In this document: piece after piece, positions 60,104-64,000 of the stretch
Layout of the letters: each line of letters starts with the position of its first letter
Numbering within the stretch: position 1 is the stretch's first letter
Assembly (NCBI GenBank): GCA_977017645.1
Contig: OZ360224.1
Span: 44,702,001-44,766,000, forward strand
Direction of reading: 5' to 3'
From: Torpedo marmorata
Lineage: Eukaryota
Length of the DNA stretch: 64,000 bases
Notes under the pieces: model-generated
Told to the model about the DNA's origin: nothing
Databases searched by the model: none
Seen by the model: the letters and a program-made list of their open reading frames with translations, nothing else
Made by a program: the position numbers and the translations under genes

Positions 60104-60267
60104 GAGTAAACACGAAGGTCTGCAGGCACTGTGATTGAAATAAAAACGCAATGCTGGAGACACTCAGCAGGTCAAACAGTGTACTTGATGTAGCAAAGAT
60201 AAAGATACATAACCAACGTTTCGGGCTTGAGCCCTTCATGATGTGTTTCTCAAACATTGTGTTTTTG
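60104..60267 (-). mobile_element. Penelope-derived mini-retroposon (duplicate of 22285-22448)
   Basis: Same sequence and TSD at +37,819. Confidence 0.78.
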
Positions 60268-63150
60268 CTGATAAGAGCATTTCAGATATCCAGGTTTACA
60301 AAACACACTGCACTGTAAGACTACATAAACATTCTTATAGACGAGATATAAAATTTTAATAACAGCTTGCCTGATATTGTCCACTCGAAATACAACTAAT
60401 GTCCAGAATAAATGACACAATCTTATAATTCAATGTTTACACAAATCCATTAAATGTATTTATTGCTTTCACCGTGTGTTAATCCTACTATGTAGTTTGA
60501 AGCTAATTATGTTCATCCTTTTTTAATATTATCAGCTGAAACAATCTGTTTAAGCACAAATTAGAAACGCGCTGAAACAAGTCAATATTTCCACAGTGAA
60601 GGTGGAATAACTTGGAGTGCGAGGACCAGATCCTCCTACTTATAATAACAGAAATAGCGTTTGAAGTGGGAAAATATCAAATCGTGTTCAAGTTGGTATT
60701 TATATCCGTTTTATTTATTGTCCCAAGGGGTTGGGAGCAGTGAAATATTCTTTTCCTGCACAATTAATGCAGACCTGTTTTTTTTTCCCCTAATGACGCC
60801 CTAACATCCAATATCCGACAGAGGGCAGAACAACTACATATAATATGTAATGGTCCGTCTTGTCAGATCATTTCAAAGTCTGAAGCTTTTTCTATCATGC
60901 TGCATCGTGCGATTGCGCGAAAGTTATTTTAAAGTTTTTGTTTTCTTTTATTCTGCTACAATATTAAAGGAATTTTGTAATTAAGAGGAATTCAGACATT
61001 TATTAATTATAAATTGGAATTAAAAATGAAATGTACCCATGTTTATTTGAGCTTTGGGACCGACCAATAAAACTCATACGAATATTTGGAATATTATCAT
61101 ATACCTATTAATATCTAATGTCAAGTTATATCGATAGTCATAGAGCCATAGACATATCTATAAACTGTATTGTTAATCTTCGATACAATTTGTAGTGTTT
61201 AAACGCAAATAACAAAATTAGCATGCGTATTTTATTAATTAATAAAAACGGAGACGACCTGTGATGCTTAGTCCCTGTCAGGCACGATCTACATTTAGAA
61301 TTACTTTGTTTCGGTATATTCGATACTCGTGATTACAAGGAAACATACCTGATATTGACATTATTGATGCAGGCAATAGCTTGGTTACTTCCATAATAAC
61401 GCGCAATTCGATTTAAACGCTCTTTTGTGAGAAAAGATCAGCTGATAGAAACAGCTGCTGGGTTTATTGATGGAGAGGTGGAATCAGGCATAACCCCAGG
61501 CCTCGTATACCCTCTCCGTTTCCAGTAAAATCATATCATCGTTAAATGATCTCAAGCCAGCCATGACCAATGAATCAAACTGAGTTTCGATACATTTTTT
61601 TTATCTTGCAAATTAGCATTGGCAATTTCAATTTTGGTTTCTCGTTCAAAGTAAACGGAGTCATTCTATAACGATCCATCTATCTTTGTGCCCACACACC
61701 CTGACACCTAACTATTTTTTCGCCCTAATCTGCCAATATGTTATCAATCGATCTATAGTCGTCAAAAGGAAAGAGAGCACTAACTGTATGATTTGCAATT
61801 AAAATAGACTTATTATGTAATTGTACGCGCATTTCTATGTAGTATGACCATCTGTTTCTTATTCTTTCATATTTATTCAGACATCCTCCAATGCATGATC
61901 TGTATATCGGAACAGAATGTATAACGTGCAGGAAGCTGTGTTTACCTTGCATTTGTTCCATGCAGAAAGACGCAAATTAATGTGCAGGATAAATTGCTTC
62001 AGTGAACTTTTGTTTAATGCTTTTATGGCCACCAATAAACATAAAAGGGGCAACGGTTATATCAGATTTAACAGTACAACTTGTATCACATTAAAGTTTC
62101 AGAAAGTTGATTCCAACCTGGATATAAAGGAAACGTAGATACGCACAGTATAAGTTCCCATTGCATTATTTTCTCCTTGAACGTTGCAGGATTGTGTGCG
62201 AGCATGTTTATCTTTTCAAAAACCACTGTCGATGACTATACTTATTAAAAGCGACAACGACCAGACATTCCCAATCATTCCCATTCTTTCATGAATTGAA
62301 TATTTGTTAAATCAGCCCTTGAAAAACTATCGCATTCCAGGTCGTTAGCAGCATGGCTATTTGATTAGAAAGATGTGATGGAAGTGTCGTGAATTGGGGG
62401 AGGGTGGGAGGGTGGGGAGGGGGTTGTCAATTCTGTTACTTACTTGGACAATCTATTTACTTATTCATTAAATAACAAAATGATTGATAGATGAATAAAT
62501 GTTCTAAAAGTCAAGAACGTAAAGTTACAAAATTGATTCATCTCATCTGTAGAACACGAATGTTACCGGTAGATCATTGTTTTAAATAGTAATATTTAAT
62601 TTTTTATGGTGGTAGATTCTGCCAAACTAAGAAACAATTGGGTCGAACGGAAAGAGGTAAATCATTCAATATACTCCAATTGTAAGTTTAACTGAGATAC
62701 TGTGCATCCAATGGGAGAGATAGATTGATGGAGAGGCAGGCGGAGGTGTGCCCTCCCATTGCACTCTGTACGCATATATTCTATCTCTAAATGTTTCAGA
62801 AAGGTAGACATATAAACAGAAAACTAAACCGACAGACAGACAGATTTTACGTTTTGCATTATATATAGGCAGTTACAGGACTTCAAAATCCACCGCATTG
62901 ATGGGATTTTCATTACAAGTTAATTCCTTGTCTATAGTTTATTATTTAGGATTAGAACTGAACTTTCAATGTTACTGTTGAATTAATAAATGTGTCTGTG
63001 TGGTACAGAGGCAGGGGTGTCGTCGTAGAGGGCTACAGCGATTCACGTCGGATTGAGCTTGTTTTCCCCAGTTAAACCCATCGGTGGAGAAAGAGGGAAG
63101 GGGAAAGAGAGGGAGAAGGAAGAAGGAGCGAGAGTGAGAGAAATAGATAG

Positions 63151-63192
<42 letters not shown>

Positions 63193-63213
63193 AGACAGCT
63201 GCTCTTCACATGA

Positions 63214-63294
63214 ATGCACTCATCTTCTAAAGACCAGACTGCAAACATGCTCTGGAAACTTGTGGAAAATGTCAAATACGAGGACATCTACGAG
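63214..63294 (+). CDS. tfap2b: Transcription factor AP-2 beta exon 1a, second copy within the duplicated block
   Basis: [27 protein letters not shown]|GTGAGC, identical to 25395-25475. Confidence 0.93.
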
Positions 63295-64000
63295 GTGAGC
63301 AAACACGGAAATAGTTTTCTGTTTTATGGTCGAGTGAATTAATCGGGCTTCAGAGTTATGTCTGCCTTGAAATGTTCCAACACCAGGCTGGCAATTTTCT
63401 GCATTCAAGATATGAACCATTTATCATTAACGTCGTCAGATTTTTGTTTTTCGGAAATGTCAGACTTCGCTCTGTTACAAAGACAATTTCCATATTTTCA
63501 CAACATACAAAATGTTGAAGAAAATATGATATACGTTTATTCTTGTTTACGAATGGACGATTGCATCTTTTTTTGTTCGAATTTCGTTAAGGTGGCGATT
63601 TTATATACAGCTACTTAGTTTTGCGCGTCGATATTGCTACTGGAAAGGCAAATTGAAAATGATGGTTACCTTCCGATGTCAGGTCGTTATTATAATGTAA
63701 TTGGTTCCAAATTATAAAATGTATTTTTGGATACAGCTTAGGAGGTCGTATGTGTTCAAAGCTGGTGCACACAGCCGACGAAGTGAGACGGTGTCAGGCT
63801 AGGAATTGCGAGAGGTCACGATCAGTGAGCAAGTAATTCTAGAAGCCGGATAATGTTTTTTTTTAGTTGTAGTTCGCACTTTTCCGCATCGACATACTTT
63901 AAATATGGGGAAAGAATCAGAGAAAGGTGACATATGTAAAACAATGCGGGTGTAAATGTGAAAGAAAACGAGACTGGAGATAAATATTATTTGCGCTTAG

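Larger units (their letters stand above)
54274..64000 (+). repeat. Direct duplicate of 16455-26181 (offset 37,819), continuing to the window end
   Basis: All ORFs from 16565 to 25539 recur with identical translations at +37,819; start AGATTCTAGCCAGC and end TTTGCGCTTAG match; the constant offset implies no net indels. Confidence 0.98.

Noticed and set aside
63214-63294. A genuine second tfap2b paralogue
   Set aside because: Exon, intron and flanking repeats appear identical to the first copy and the block starts exactly at an assembly gap; not accepted as a paralogue without read evidence.

Overview
Eukaryotic vertebrate DNA, most likely from a cartilaginous fish (ray or shark), inferred from the repeat families present (V-SINE/HE1-type SINEs, CR1, Rex1/Babar, Penelope-like elements) and the protein sequence. 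The only recognisable host gene is the 5' part of transcription factor AP-2 beta (tfap2b) on the + strand: exon 1a (25395-25475), an alternative first exon 1b that the ORF track misses (28923-28949, MLVHTYTAM), exon 2 (29971-30420) and exon 3 (38211-38271). I did not find exons 4-7 (DNA-binding/dimerisation domain) before a 100-N assembly gap at 54174-54273. After the gap, 54274-64000 repeats 16455-26181 at a constant offset of 37,819 with no difference I could see, most likely a false duplication. The upstream 22 kb is dense in transposons: a complete but frameshifted DD35D pogo (Passer-type) element with a subterminal 32-bp array, a hAT MITE nested in a SINE, Rex1/Babar and CR1 LINE fragments, and Penelope-like elements. 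The most interesting repeat signal is a set of minimal hammerhead-ribozyme-like motifs in Penelope terminal repeats and in short fold-back mini-elements derived from them; one mini-element has its own target-site duplication. The gene lies in an approximately 18-kb block that appears transposon-free and retains CpG. All comparisons were made by eye; no searches were run.
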